In this document: positions 45,762 to 60,173 of the stretch, piece after piece
How the letters are laid out: every line of letters begins with the position of its first letter
How positions within the stretch are numbered: position 1 is the first letter of the stretch
DNA from: Euglena gracilis
Taxonomy: Eukaryota
Length of the DNA: 64,000 nucleotides
Assembly (NCBI GenBank): GCA_039621445.1
Contig: CP154954.1
Location: forward strand, 19,702,642-19,766,641
Direction: 5' to 3'
The notes under the pieces: model-generated
What the model was told of the DNA's origin: nothing
Seen by the model: the letters and a program-made list of their open reading frames with translations, nothing else
Database searches by the model: none
Translations under genes and position numbers: made by a program

Positions 45762-48700
45762 TCCCTTTCATACGTTGCCTTAGCTTGCAAAAGAGGTCCT
45801 GATTGAAGGAAAATGGGGTATTATGGGTTTGGGGTATTAAATTTTTGAGATTTGTCCATGACTCCTCTTTTGCCAAAACGCCTGGAACCTTTCGTCAAAA
45901 TCTTAGGCTGGTGGGCAAATTTTTGAGATTCAGTTGCACAGACTTTCATACTTGGCGGTCATAATTTTTGGGACGTTTTGCAAAAGCTCTTTGAATCCAA
46001 CAATTTATGGGGTGTGCAATCTTTGAACAAACCGGTGCAACCCCACAGCTCTTTGGAGCAACACAGCTGCTGCAAATGAGATCACACCCGGTCGAAATGG
46101 ACCATGAAAGAACCCTCACCCCCCAAAGTCCCCCCCCCAAAGTGGCCAAAAACTTTTCGCCAAATTTTGGCTTAACCCCCTCAAAGGAGTCATTTGCCTT
46201 CGACGCCAAAGGCCATAATGGGATTCGTCATGACTTTTCTTGTTTGGCAAATTCTGAAATCTTTGAAATGGACGTTCTTGGGGGGGCCCTTTTTGCATCC
46301 TTGCCGAAATTCGCCCATCTTGTCCCGGAGGCTGAAAGCCAATTAGGTGGGGGGCAAATTGGGGGGAGTGAGGGTAATGTGTTTTTCGGTGATTTGTTGT
46401 CAAAAATGGGTATTTTAGGCAAGTGGACACAAAATCTTTCCACTCGCTAGCCCTCTGATTGCGGACCCCCTCCCCCCCCCGGGACTCCATCCTGAGTCCT
46501 GTGTTTAAAATGCAGTCCTCCAGTTTGCCCTCGGTCAGACGGCGATAACACCCCCTTGGTCTATGGGTTGCGTATGAAACACTCAGCCCGGCATAGCTGG
46601 TGTATTTTGTGTGTTTTTTAAAAAAGAACGTTTTTGTGGGTTTTTTTGAAAAAAGAGAAAACTGTTTGAAAAACAAAGGGGAAAACAATGAGACAGATTC
46701 CCCTTGATCGCAAAGGTTATATCAAAATGGACCAAAATGCTTCAAAATTCTTGGTGAAAATCCACACAAAAATCACTGATTTTGATCACTTTTGATAGAT
46801 TTTCTTGTCAAAACCATGTCTGGGGGCTCCGGCTTCACGCCCAAACCGGCGTCTGGGAAGCGGCGTGAAGCTGGCGTCTGGGGGATCAAAAATAATGCCA
46901 AAACGTGTCCAAAATGCTTTGGTAAACATATCTGAGAAATTTTGGGGGGTCTTCGGCCAGGCACCGGCTTCACGCCCGAACCGTCGTCTGGGACACAATT
47001 CTCGGGTTGGAAACCATCCAAATTTTGCCTTGACATGGTCTATAGATGTAAAAAAAAGGCTTGTATTTGAAATCAAAAAAAATTGCCCACAACCCTCAGT
47101 GGTGTTTTTTTTGTTTTTGATGTTTTTCTAAAAATATTTTTGGAGAAAAAACTTTCTGGGCTTCGTCTTAAACGAGCTGCCAGCTGTGCCAGCGTTGGAT
47201 GGACAGGCATTCCAGAAACACTGCAGGCAGAGGGAAACAAAAAAAAAATGGCAAGTCCCAAAAACCTGCAAAAAAGTTCCAAAACTGCCAGACCACGGAG
47301 TACCAAACGTCTGACAAAACAGTTCAGAATATCTTCAAAAAGGTTCCAAAACTTTTGGCAAAGTGTGCAAAATTATGGCAAAAAGCACACAAATATTTTC
47401 AAAAGAAGTATTTGGCAAAAGTGCCAAAAATTATGGCAAAACATCACAGAAGCTGTGAGTGTTAGGTGTAATTGTAAGACCATAGATTTGGGTGTGTGGT
47501 TTTATATTTTAGGAGTTCTTATCTCTTTGGTGAGAACAAAGCTTACCACCAAGGAAAGGGAGTGCCAACCCCTAGTCCGGGTAGTACCGCCACATTATCA
47601 CACATTTCTTCAATTGGCTTGCAATTGGATCTTGGATTTCCAAAAACCAAAGACCAACTAATAGTTATCGTCCGAGATCACGATGAATTGTTCGCCTGCT
47701 CAAAACGATTAATTGGCACAACCCTCCGGTGCGCATTGTGGCTGTTTTTCTGTGCCTGTTATCCCTCCTTTTGGCCTGGCGCTGTTTTTCACCTGTGTCC
47801 CTTTTTGTCTTTGTACATGAACGTGGCCGGAGCTTGGCAGCGTTTACCTTGTTTACTGCGCCGGCCACCAAGCAGCTGCCAGGCACATACTCCACTTTAG
47901 TTAGGGGGGTCTCCTTCACCGGTTACTGGAGTCCACGACCCCAGCAGGTGTGGTTCCCAACTCAGTGGACGGGTCCACTCAATTGGGAAAAACTAAGGCC
48001 CAGAGGCACCTCCTGGGTGGCTGTGTCCCACAAGCACACCCACTCGGAACCCGGTCAGGCACCCCCCCTTCCTGGGGGGAAAAGCGAACCTAATTTCAGC
48101 TGCCCACCCCACTGGGTCTCCGTCACCGCTCCCAGCCGGCTACTCCAGTCTGCAACCCTCCCGACCCCTCGCAATAATGCCAACCCCCCCCCAACCGGCA
48201 GGCTCGCCATGGCGTGCCGACCCCCCCTTAGTTCTAACACAATGGCTCGAAATCTCAATCAACAATAGATGATAATATATGATCATTGAAAAAATCAATG
48301 CCAGACAAAAACTGAAAATTGAAATATGAAGGACCTTTCACATGAAAAAAAAATCTGCACAATGTAAAAAAGAAAAAAAGTACAAATGCATGCAAGCAAA
48401 AAAAGCTCAACAAGAAAACATAACCTCCCTGGGCAATCCTATTCCCAAAGGGGGGATGGGGGGATGGGGGAGTTTTTTAATGAAGACCGTGATAAAAAAA
48501 AGTGCTGACATATTTTTGCAAATGGGGGGAGGGGTGCGCAGGGTGAAAAAAAAATTCATCCCAGATGATTTTTTGCAACATTCCCAGCCTGACGGGACGG
48601 ATTTTCAAAAACTATCACATTTGCGACAAAAAATTCCTCTGGAGGAATTTTTTTTTTCAATTTTGGGTGAATTTGGGTTCAAATAATCAATTTTGGGGGG

Positions 48701-51700
48701 GAAAAAAGTTCAAAAATGCTCTTTTTTGTGGTCTTCTTCCCGTCATTTCCTTGTTTTTGTGTTTTGTTGCTTTTGGTGGCTTTCAAGATCCAGAAAAAAA
48801 ATGAAATTTTGGGCGGTTTTGGGCTGATTTTTTGAACGAAAAAGTCTCCAAATTTTTTTGCAAAGATGGCCTGGCATGGCGTGGCGAGGGGGTCCGAAAT
48901 GGGGAGAGGAAAAAAATGGACCTGAGTTGCTTGTCAACCGCAGGTTATCCGAAGAAGACCAAGATGAACGCTCGTAGGCAAGCCATGTGCTAGTTTTTTC
49001 CCATCCTCCGTGTGGTGACTTGTTGGGGTTTTCAATCTTGTTTCTTCTCCAAAGCACCCACGGTCGGTCAAGTGTGAGAATGTCCTTCTCAAGCACCCTA
49101 ACTTGAAACTTCACAAAACTTGGATCAAAGGCACAGTGTTGTGTGGTAGCCTGGGTGATCAGGGATGTAGGATTGTTTTTTTTTTGAGAATAACAATTAC
49201 CCCCCACCCCCACTCCTAAAACGGACCACCCCTCTTTAATGACCCAAGGCCTGACTGAGGGTCATTTTCTCTTGCCCATCTGACTTTTCCTTTGGATTTT
49301 GGATACTCCCCCAAATGGACCAAGTTTTGATTTCAACATTCCGAATAAAATTTCAGCAACATGCACGGTGGCTTGGCCTGGTCCGGCCCGATGGCCCAGG
49401 GGCTCCGCCTTGCTAGCCCGGCCCGTCGGCCCAAAGGCAAGGTTCCCGGGCTGTTTTTAAACAAGTTGTTTAAAACAGGTTTTTTCCCCCCCCTATTTAT
49501 AGTGTTTTATCTAAAAAAACACCCTTATTCAAAACAAAAAACCGTTTTAAAACCGTTTTTTATTCATGATTTTTTTTTGCTTTGTTTTGAAGAAAAAAAA
49601 ACGGGAACCTTGCCCAAACCGGCTCGTCCTGGCGGCCCGAGAGCCCGGCACGGCCCGGAGCTTTACCTTTGGTCGCTTTGAGGAAGAAAATGGCAGAAAC
49701 CTTCAAAAATGTAGCAAAATGTCAAGCCCACGCCGGACGGGCTTGACTCCCCCCATAACGCCCCATATGCCCGTACCTCTCACTTTTTTTCCAACTCCCC
49801 ACCTCGCCTGAGATACGGCCATTTTTCTGCCAATTTCAGGCCGTTTTTTTTTGGCCAAAAAAATTGTGAAATGCCAAACATCTGGAACATGACACAAAAT
49901 AAAGCAAAATGTCCAGAGCCCTCGAAACACCCAATTAATTTCCCCGCAATCCACTAGCCCAAGACTGGCCAATTTACGCTCCAACACAGCATCTCATGTT
50001 TCAACTCTGTCGTTTTTGGCCATTTTTGGATCGAGAAATCAATTTCTTCAGTATTACCTAAAAATAATGGGGTATCAAAAGAAATGTCCGGCGACCGAAA
50101 AGAAAGCCCTAGGAACGCCCGACATGTCGTTTGTTCACTTTTGGACCTCCGCCTAGCAAAATGGGCTTAACTCGGGCCAGATGCAAAATAAAGATAAAAT
50201 ACAGTGTCTCATTTTGGGGAATGTGGGGATAACATTCCCCATAAGACAACTTCCCGGGGCGGGAGCCGGTTTGTACTGGAAACCGTTGTTCTCCCGAGCC
50301 AACCCCAAGAGGAGGGGCGGGGGGGGGGGTCAAAGGTTGGACCAGGAGGGTGGGAGAGCGGTGGAGTGGGTCAGGTAGGGTTGGTACCCCCGGAAGGGGT
50401 TTTGCTCGGGTTTCTGTGGATACGTTTTCTGTGACGTTTGCAACTGCCCTCCCAAGAACTCTCTAATGTATTGTTGGTGTGTCGACCTTGGAAGCATTTC
50501 CTTGAAGATCGTTTGCATTTTTGCATTTACAAACAAGATCCAACACGTCCATCACTGTTTCATTTGTGTTTTTTTTTGGTTTCAGATTTTCATTTGGTTA
50601 CCATACCTTCCTTTGTGATTGAAGCCCAGAAAGATATCACGGTTGTTCATTTCTTGAAAGAGAGATTTTGTTTGGACCAACTTTGAAGATTGTAAAGAAA
50701 CCGGAATTTCCAGGGCTTGGAAAAAAAAGGTCAACTTAAAACTTGCAAATGCAATCTTTCAACAAGGAACCAGATTTATGTGGCACTTGGACAGATGAGT
50801 CAGGACACTTTCAAGGAGCAACGCATCAAAACAGCATTGAAGCATCAACTCTGCAGAAGGGAGCCTTCGTGATTTTGAAAAAAGGATCTCATCTAGATTT
50901 TTCTTGATTCCCAAATACCTCTCGACTGGACTGAGGTTGAGGTTAGTGGGGAAAAACCTCAACCTGAACGCCAACAACCTCTACCTCAACCTCAACCCCA
51001 ATGAAACCGTCCAAATTCAGAAAATTGAACAAACAAAAAGCACTGATTAGACAATCCTTCCTCAAAAGAGATATGTGTGTGCACAAACCTGCAAGTTTTT
51101 GCACATCATATCTGAAAAATTGTGCAGGTTGGTGATTTCAAACTTGAGATAAATGACCAAATGCCCAATTTTTGAAAGATTCCAATAATTTGCCTCTCTT
51201 TGTACATTTTTCACATTTTTTTTGCCATTGAGTATTTTTCCTTCGAATTCAGACACAAACGTGACATTGAGGAAACATTGAGGCAAACTCAATCTCAACC
51301 TCAACCTCGGGGGCTAGGCGCGGTTTGGGGGGTCCAGGACCCCCTCTCCCCCCCCCCCCGCGCGGTCGCTCGCGCGGCCGCAAGCCCCGCTTTGACCCCC
51401 CCCCCACTGTGCCTGGCTTCCCCAAGAAAAAAAATTACGAAAAAAATTTGGACCCGAAAATCACTGACTTCAGACCATGCACAGCGCGGTCGCCCTTGGA
51501 CCCCCCCGCTGTGACTAACCTCCCTCAACCGCAACCTCAATTCCTCACTCCAGCCCCACTCCCGGCCCCCCGGGTGCTGGGGGTCCTCATCAGGGCCGAA
51601 GCGGTGATAACAATTGTATGGGGCATGCCCACTGCATGGGGCATGCCCACCGCCTGGTAGCGGTTTCCAAAGCGCCGAAATTTGGACACCGTAAACTCAT

Positions 51701-51953
51701 CAAAAACAACAAATCCAGCAGGGAGGTGCTCTACTGAGCAATGGCAATGTTGAAGGCAGCGGTGTCGGAACAATTTTTCCTGGGGGGGGGCGAGGAACCA
51801 AAAAAAATTGGAGGAAATTTGGGGGGGTGAAGAAGCCATTTTTTTCACTTTGCGCAAAATCATATTTTTTGTTGACCCGCAGAGTTTCCCCCAAACTCGG
51901 CTGGTCAAGAAAATGGAGGGAGGGGGACATGGGGAATCAGTTTGTATTCAAAC

Positions 51954-52280
51954 CATACCATTGCTTAGCGACCCGGGGGGGGGGGGGTCACTTTCCGCTC
52001 TGAAAAAACCAGTCAGTCACTTTTTCGGCCAAGCCAGTCAATCACTTTACCCCCCCGGGGGGGGGGGGGTCGGCCACTCAGTTAAACCAGTCACTTTTTG
52101 GCCTTTCAAAGCCATTTTTGGCCAAAATTTTCTCCGGCGCCTTTGGCGCCGGTTGGCCACTCAGCCACTTTTGGGTGATTTCTGGCCTACCCCACCCCCG
52201 GGGGGAGGGGGGTCACGGCCAAAAACCAGTCAGTCACTCACCCCCGGGGGGGGGGGGGACAGGTGTTAAGCAACGGTCTG
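51954..52280. mobile_element. hAT-like MITE
   Basis: CATACCATTGCTTAG ... TTAAGCAACGGTCTG; exact TSD attcaaac at 51946-51953 and 52281-52288. Confidence 0.88.
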
Positions 52281-53753
52281 ATTCAAACAGCCAAAATGAA
52301 AGTGGTTTGTGGGGTCCCAAAAAAGCAATCATCATCAAAGGAGGAGGAAAAAGTCGTCCGGAGGGTACCCCCCCCCCCATTGTCCCACCGACTTGCCGCC
52401 GGGAGGCCCGATCGGACAATAAGGGGGGGGGACAATAAGGGGGTACCAAAGGAATTTCATTGGCCTGGCCAAAAAAATCCCCCGTCGGCCAGGGCCCAGG
52501 GACAATACCCCCCCCCTAAATGACCCCCCCCCCCCCTAGATGACCCCCCTGCGGGGGTCATCTAGGGGGGGGGGTCATGGAGCAGAGCAATTTTTCAGTG
52601 GGAAAAGTATCCCCCCCTAAATGACCCCCCCCCCTAGATGACCCTTTGGGGGGTCCTAAAGCAACATTGATAGGGTCATTTAGGGGGGGGGGGGTAAGGG
52701 GGGGGGGACAATAAGGGGGGGGTAATCCCTTTTCATCATTGGTTTTTTACCCATGAAAATCCTTTAGAAATGCAAGCATTCTGCATCACGACAGGCTGGA
52801 AACTCCCCCTTCCACCCCATCCGAGCCTCAGATAACAAAATCCCTTCTGTGTTGGCAACATACTCGGGGGCTAAGTTGTTTTGTGGCTCACTTTGGCATA
52901 GGCGGGGGGGGGGCCTCCGCCCCCCCCCCCGCGCACCCCCCCTCAAATAACAAAATCCCTTCTATGTTGGCAACATACTTGGAGGGCTAAGTCCTTTTTG
53001 TGCAAAATATTGAAAATCCAACGGGGAGAGGTGTTCTTTTGCCTTAAAAAAAAATTCCGGCGCCTTCGGCGTCGGGTTTTGGCCGATTTTTGAGGGGGGG
53101 TTGGCAGTACAGTTGGGACCCCAGGACCCCCCCTGTGTTGAGACGGTACAGCAAAAAGTGCCAAAAAAATACATACAATACAAAAAAACTGACCTCGGGA
53201 CCCCCCTCCCCCCTGCCAACGCTCCCAAGATGTGGAAATTGGCCCGGTTTTTAAAACTGCCACCCACCCCTCTCGGACTACATTGTGCAGATTTCACTGA
53301 AAACCAGTTTCAAAAACCAAGGACCGCAAAATCAATCCACAGCAACATTCCCAATTTTGGCAAATGACAAGGGTTTCTGACAGACAATTGACATTACCAT
53401 CCCCCCCCATTATGTACCCCCCCATTATGTACCCCCTGGGGGGGAGGTACATAATGGGGGGGGGATGGTAGCTCACTGTCATAACACTTTTTCTGAAGGA
53501 TTCCCCAAAAAAGTGCTCAAAAATATCGACGTTTTTGGGACGTTTTCAAAAAGTTTTCAAAAAAAATATTTGGCAAATGTGCTGAAAATTGACCCTTTAT
53601 TGCGAACATCCAAAAAGTTGCCAAAAATGACCCCTTTTGGGCTGTTCGGTCGGGTCTGGGAATGGGACCTGGGTACCCCCCCCCATTGTGTACCTCCCCC
53701 CCATTATGTACCTCCCCCCCAATTTCGGCCTCCCGGGGAAGATGAGCAAAGCC

Positions 53754-54566
53754 TTAGCGGAAGATGAGCAAAGGTCACCTTCAATATATATTGGGCGGGG
53801 AGGGGGGCGTTTGTACCTCTTTTGCCACAGGATGGCGTGTTTGTGTCGGGTTTTTTGGCTTTTGCTTCTCTGCACGTCTATGTGACCCATTGATTTGTCT
53901 TTGGCTCGGCGTGGCTCTACTCAAGGGGTTACCAGGGGTTACTGAGTTGTGTCTTCTTTGCTCATTTTGTAATCTGACCTTGGGGTGCAAACATAGCAGG
54001 TGAGAGTTCAAGGTTGGTTATTTGGTTGAGAGTTTGTGCGCAAAGGCCTTCAGACAGAATATGGTGAGTGGGCGGAAGACAGGGTGATCTCATCTTTGGA
54101 AGAATACAAGCTCCAAACGAGCTGTCTACTGATTTCTCTGATAAGTGTGAAGGACAGGCCTTGCCAAATGTCTGCTTCTTCGGCCCGCCGTTGCCACCCT
54201 TCCCGCTGCCCCAGAAGGGCCTTGAGGAGGTTGGCCATCAAGGAGCGCGCTTCTTGTCCCATGCCCCCGTAGCAATCCATGACGAATGGCATCAACCGCC
54301 AGCCCAGCCGTTGGCATGTTGCATCATACATCAAACATTTGCATCAAACAAAAAGGAAAATGGGAAAGTATTTTTTTTGGAGATGCTGCACGGTGGGTAG
54401 CACAGCTTCACCCAAACCGTGCCCCGGGCCCAGGGAAACGTCTCTTTTGGCCCTCACCACAAGAGGAACCCCCTTGTGATTCCCTGTGCCGCCACAGGTC
54501 GGGGGTAGATTATACTGTGGGTGTAATGTACAAAAGAGCTACTGAGTGATACTTGTTCAGGGTGTG
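53754..54566 (-). mobile_element. Internally deleted derivative of the adjacent CRE-like retrotransposon (5' end fused to 3' end)
   Basis: 53754-~54330 duplicates the 3' UTR and ORF tail at 54568-~55105 (YDATCQRLGW...HSPYSV). ~54395-54566 matches the 5' region at ~61255-61540. Confidence 0.8.
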
Positions 54567-55469
54567 GTTAGCGGAAGATGAGCAAAGGTCACCTTCAATA
54601 TATATTGGGCGGGGAGGGGGGCGTTTGTACCGCTTTTGCCACAGGATGGCGTGTTTGTGTCGGTTTTTGGCTTTTGTTGTGTTTTGCTTCTCTGCGCGTC
54701 TATGTGACCCATTGATTTGTCTTTGGCTCGGCGTGTGGCTCTGCTCAGGGGGTAACTAGGGGTTAAAAACTTGGAAGGTGAGAGTTCAAGGTTAGTTATT
54801 TGGTTGAGAGTTTGTGCTCAGAGGCCTTCAGACAGAATATGGTGAGTGGGCAGAAGACAGGGTGATCTCATCTTTGGAAGAATACAAGCTCCAAACAAGC
54901 TGTCTGCTGATTTCTCTGATAAGTGTGAAGGACAGGCCTTGCCAAATGTCTGCTTCAGCGGCCCGCCACTGCCACCCTTCCCGCTGCCCCAGAAGGGCCT
55001 TGAGGAGGGTGGCCATCAAGAAGCGCGCTTCTTGTCCCATGCCCCCATAGCAATCCATGACGAATGGCGTCAACTGCCAGCCCAGTCGTTGGCATGTTGC
55101 ATCATATTTGGCATGCTTTTCAGCCTCCTGACATCTTTTCCATTGTGAAAATCTCTCCGCACTTCGCAGCGGATGACTTTGCGCAAGGGTGTGGCGGATT
55201 GTCACATCCACTGCAACGGGTCCATCATTGTCCAAGCGAGGAATGAAGATATCCCCAGGCCGGGAACGGTCATCAGCTCGTTGTTCTTTACGGGCTGTAA
55301 ATCCTGCCTTCTGTGTTGTGGTTGTCAGAAAATCTTGGACAGCCCCGTGCCGCCGGGTAATGAAGTTTGATTTGCGGCAAACAAGGTGGTGTCCGAGAAA
55401 ATCTGATTGTCCAAAGCATTTGGGACAGAGGTTGGGATCGGTGTCCATTGGTGTGAGAGTCATTCCGAG

Positions 55470-57216
55470 CATTGGTGTAGGAACAATTTTTTCCCGGGGG
55501 GGGGGGGCGAGCCAAAAAATTTTTCTTGGCACGACCGAAATGTATTTTTTTCTGTCCTCCTGGCCCCGAAGGGGCCAAGGGGGTTTTCGGGACGCGGGGG
55601 GGACGCGGGGGGGGGACGCGGGGGGGGGGCGCGGGGAGAACACCTTCCGGATGTTGCTTAACGTGACCCCCCCCCTATTTGTCACCCCCCCTGATAGTCG
55701 CCCCCCCTTGGGGGGGCGACAATTGGGGGTTACCCATGGACATGTAGGGTAAATTGAATACCCCCCCTAATTGTCACCCCCCCCCCCTAATAGTCGCCAA
55801 GGGGGTCAAAACGCTCCGGGGGGGTGTGCCATATAGGGGGGGGTCACGTTATAGATGGACAAAATCCAACCTACCCCCCCCCCCCCCATTGTCCCCCCCC
55901 CATGTTGTCCCTCGGCCCCGGCCGACGGGGGGTTTTTTTGGCTCGGCCAATGAAATTCCTTTGGTACCCCCATATTGTCCCCCCCCCATATTGTCCGGTC
56001 GGGCCTCCCGGGGGAGGTTGGTGGGACAATAAGGGGGGAGGGGTAAATTTCCATCATTGACGAAGGGAGGCAAAAAAAAACAATGGTCTGTATGACTCTG
56101 GCACGGACTGCATCATGGACTTCCTTCGGAACGTCGTGAAGACAAAATGGGAAAAGTGGAATGCAGACATTGTGGAAAAAGTACGGCCCCAAAGAATTTT
56201 TTGGACAAGAGCTCGGGCTCGCAGATGGGGCGTACAGTGGCAACTGCCGCCTGGTTTGCCCTTTTCGGAAACCCCCCAACAAGGCTCTTCCCACCCGCAA
56301 GCATTGTTCGGCATTGAAAAAAATCTGCGAAAAACAGGGCGCAAATCGGGACGCGGGGGGACGCGGGGGGGGGGACGCGGGGGGGACGCGGGGAGAAAAC
56401 CCCCCAAGACCATGAGTTTTTTTAAGTCTTTGGACCCCCTCCCCTGGGGGGGGAGGGGCAGGGTTGGTGGGTCCCTTGGACCCCTCTCCCCTTCAGGGGG
56501 GGGGGGGTTGGGGCTGGTGGGTATATCTTTTTTGGCGCCGAAGGCGCCGAAATGTTTGGAAAAGGTGCTATTTTTGGCACTTTTTGGCCATTTTCGGGCA
56601 AAAGTGGGTGGGTCTTCCGGGACCCCCTCCCTCCCCCCCCGGGGGGGTTCCACCCCAGGGGGTGGGTGAGTGGGTGCCGACCCCCCTCCCCCCCCCCCCG
56701 GGTCTTTAAAAAACCCCTGGCCGAGACGCTAACATCTCTTTGAAGTCCAAGGGGCCCAGGCACAGGGGGGAGGGGGGGTCCCGGACCTCCGTTCACTTCT
56801 GAACTGAACTGGACATGTTGACTTCATGGAGGAGGGTGGGTCCGGCGCCGAAGGCGCCGAATTTTTTTTGAAAAATGCCCTACCCAGCCTCCAATGCCAA
56901 AAAATCAAACTTGACAGCGAAATCATGGGCAGAATCCCAAAAAAACAATTAGTATCAAAGGACGAGCCTCAAGGGCTTTATTTCGGCCGCCAAAGGCGGC
57001 CGAGACGGTAATGGATTTTGCAGTTTCATTTTCTAGAAATGTGATTTTAACAAATAAGGTGGCTGCCGAAGGCAGCCGAGATGGTAACGCCCTTTGAACC
57101 ATTGATCATGTCATTGCAAAGGAAACTATCATACTCATGCCAAAAAAATTTTCTTTCCAAAATCCCGGGGGGGGCGGCCGCCCCCCCCCCCCCGACCCCC
57201 ACTTTCTACACCCCTG
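55470..57216. mobile_element. hAT-like composite element inserted in the retrotransposon ORF, with nested MITEs
   Basis: CATTGGTGTAG ... CTACACCCCTG; exact TSD attccgag at 55462-55469 and 57217-57224. Nested TIR elements at ~55659-55851 (TAACGTGACCCCCCC) and 56411-56719 (TSD cccaagac/gccgagac, 6/8). Confidence 0.88.
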
Positions 57217-59834
57217 ATTCCGAGGGACCAACGAAGTGTGCAGCGGAATTCAGCCGTGGGTGACAGGGTGCGGAGCCCTTGAGATGGTGTCAAAGCGGCC
57301 CATGCCATAGCGTGTGGTTGGCATTGGCTAGCATCAGGTCCATTCAATGTGTCCCGAAGTGTTTTCTGGCGGGCAAGCATGCTCTGCTGATTCCACCAAC
57401 GTTGTGAATTGTGTGGAGACTGTGCCTGAGAGATCAAGTTTTTGTCAGTGGCCCATTGTGGCAGTGGGGCCATTTGACCAAATTCATTGAGGGCTGTCCG
57501 TAAACAATCGTCAGCGTCTTTGGCAAGGATGTCCATGGCAGCGGGCAGGCCCAAGACAGAGGGAGCTCTTCGACAGAAGTCCACCACTTGAGACAATCTG
57601 GCAGGTACACGTTGAAATTGCGGATCGGAGATTCCCAATGCACCGCATCTGATGGCCAGGGAAACTTGCAACCATTCTTCTGGGGTGCAAGGGGAGCCGA
57701 CCATGCTACTGAATGTTTCCCGAATAATTCCCGACAATGTCTTGCGTGCCGCTGTTGCAGAGGAGATTTTGCAGGCACGCAAGAGGTCATTCACTTTGCA
57801 AGCAAATAAACAAAAACGAAGCAAGGAGAATTGCACATGCGATTGAGGTAGGTGTTGAAGTACTGTGCAAGAATGTTGGATGTCTTCAATGCGCTTATTC
57901 CAAACTTCTTCACAGAAGTGGTCATCTTGGGGGTGGTGGACAGGGACCCCCAACACTTTCAAACCAGAACCAGCAACAAAGGCGGTCAGTGGTATTTGAT
58001 GTAAGGGGCTGTCCTGTGGCGTGCCAGGGGGAATGCAAGGGACATTGATGTGAACGCTGGTCCCCACAATCGACATTTTGCAGGGTTCACGGCCAACCCA
58101 AGCGTGGCTGCCTCGCGAATCAGAAAGGCAAGGGCATTGTGCAGTTGGGCTGGCGATCCCAGCAGATGGGCGTCATCCAAGTACCATCCCTGCCATTCGA
58201 CCAAAGGTGAGAGGCCCTCACAAAGGTCTTGTACACCCCAGGCGAAAGCTGCTGGTCCAAATGGGTCGCCTTGCTGAGCCCCCCTCTGGGAAGGCAGACA
58301 ATGGTTTCCACAATACAGCTTGCTGTGTTGGGCGTAGCACGAATCCAGCCAAGGGCACACTTTTGGGCATCGTCTACGGATGGATTGCAGGATTTTTTAC
58401 CGTGACAAAGAGTTGAAGGCATTCCTGAAATCCACTTGAAGCAGCCCCCAGCGATTGTCCCTGTCCGAGTGCAGGGTGTCCACCATTTGTTGGATTCCCA
58501 TTGCGATCAGTGGACAAGCATTCAGCACACCAACGCCACATTGTGGAGGACTCAGTTCTTTTAAAGCGTTTACCACCGTGGGATGACACATGAGACATTT
58601 GCCAACCAATCGGCGAAGGGTTTCACCTGCTGCGATTGGGCGAGTGTCTTCATCACACACCGTGTTCTCCACAAGGTTTCCAAAAGCATCCTCTTCCATT
58701 GCTGTTTGTTTGTTCTGTTTTTGCAGAGGTGTCAACCTGGCGGAGGAAAGAATTGGGGCCATGCCGGGGTGAACACCGTTTGTAATTGCCCGACAGATGA
58801 AGGTATCAAGCCCTTCGAGGAGGTCATCTCCACAAGCCCCTGGGTAGTCTCCAACCACGGCCTTGAGGTGGTCAGGTCTTAGGCCACAAGGACCCGGTGC
58901 GGATTCCTTTGGGAACCCGAATATAGCTTTGCGCAAATTTTGCAATCGCTCTTTTGTGTTTTCCGGGTCCGAAGGAAAGGTAATCGTTTGGGAAGGATTG
59001 GACACTGGGATGCGCGGTGGAGGCTCTGGTGGGTGAAGGTCACGCAGCCTTTTGAATCACCTTTGGGTCATTGCTGTTCAAAACAACAAAAACCCTAGTC
59101 CGCGTTAGGAATGGCCCATCCCACATTAATGTCCGCCTTCCTGCAGGGCCCACTGGGACGACCCGAGCGTACCAAGTGAGACCACTTCACAGAATGATGT
59201 TTGATGTGATGACAAACAAGGCTTAAAGATATCAGAAGACGCTGACTTCTTTCGGCAAACTGCTCTCCCCTGAGACAAAGGTTTGCCAAACAATGCTGTC
59301 AGGGAATGATCTTTTTTCTCTGCCTCAGATCACTGGCAAGAATTTGCTGAAGTGTATCAAGCAGGACTGGCTGTCAGTGGCTGCGGCTGTACAGGTGGCT
59401 TGATATGAAGAAGGAGTTTGTTACTAATCTGGACCTGAGCATGTCCCTGCTAAACTGCTCCATTTTTGTTGGGATTGGCCATTGTGTTTGATTTCTTGTT
59501 CCTGTTGCTGTGCCTGGAACCTGCCTGGAAGGTTTTCTTTGTTTGTCTGTACAGTTTGTTTGCAGCATAATTAATTTTCGATTTTCTGTGTAATGGTTTG
59601 ATTCATTTTTGATCATTGAAACTGGTCGACGGTTTTAAGTTTTGCACTGGTTTCTTTCAGCGGTCTCAACTGCTTTGCAACAAACTGTTTTTTTTTCGCT
59701 GGGAATTTGTTCTGGTGATGTGGTGTGTCATTTGGGAAGGATCATGAATGAGGCATGTGTGTCGTTGGCATTTGTGTGTGGTTTTTCTTGTGGGGATGTG
59801 GTTGCCAATTTACCGCTGAACTTATTTTCACCAG

Positions 59835-60150
59835 TGGCCAGTTTGGGCTGTCACAGGTGGCGCAATTTGGTGCCAACAGGGGGGTTGGCACAGGTGGTGG
59901 CCAGTTTTGTGCCACGGGTGTTGCCCAGTTTGGTGCCAAGGGGGGTTGGCAGGGGGGGTTGGCACAGGTGGTGGCCAGTTTTGTGCCATTGGTGTTGCTC
60001 AGTTTGTTGCCACAGGGGTTGGCTGGCCAGTTTTGTGCCACGTGTGTTGCCCAGTTTGGTGCCACAGGGGGGGGGGTGGCACAAGTTGCGGCCAGTTTGG
60101 TACCACAGGCGGGGGCTGGCAGAGGTTGTGCCCAGTTTGGTGCCACAGGG
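59835..60150. repeat. Degenerate ~20/39-bp tandem repeats (CCAGTTTKGTGCCAC) within the retrotransposon
   Basis: Repeated CCAGTTTGGTGCCA / CCAGTTTTGTGCCA units. Confidence 0.8.
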
Positions 60151-60173
60151 GGCTGGGGCCGAATGGTTCCTGG

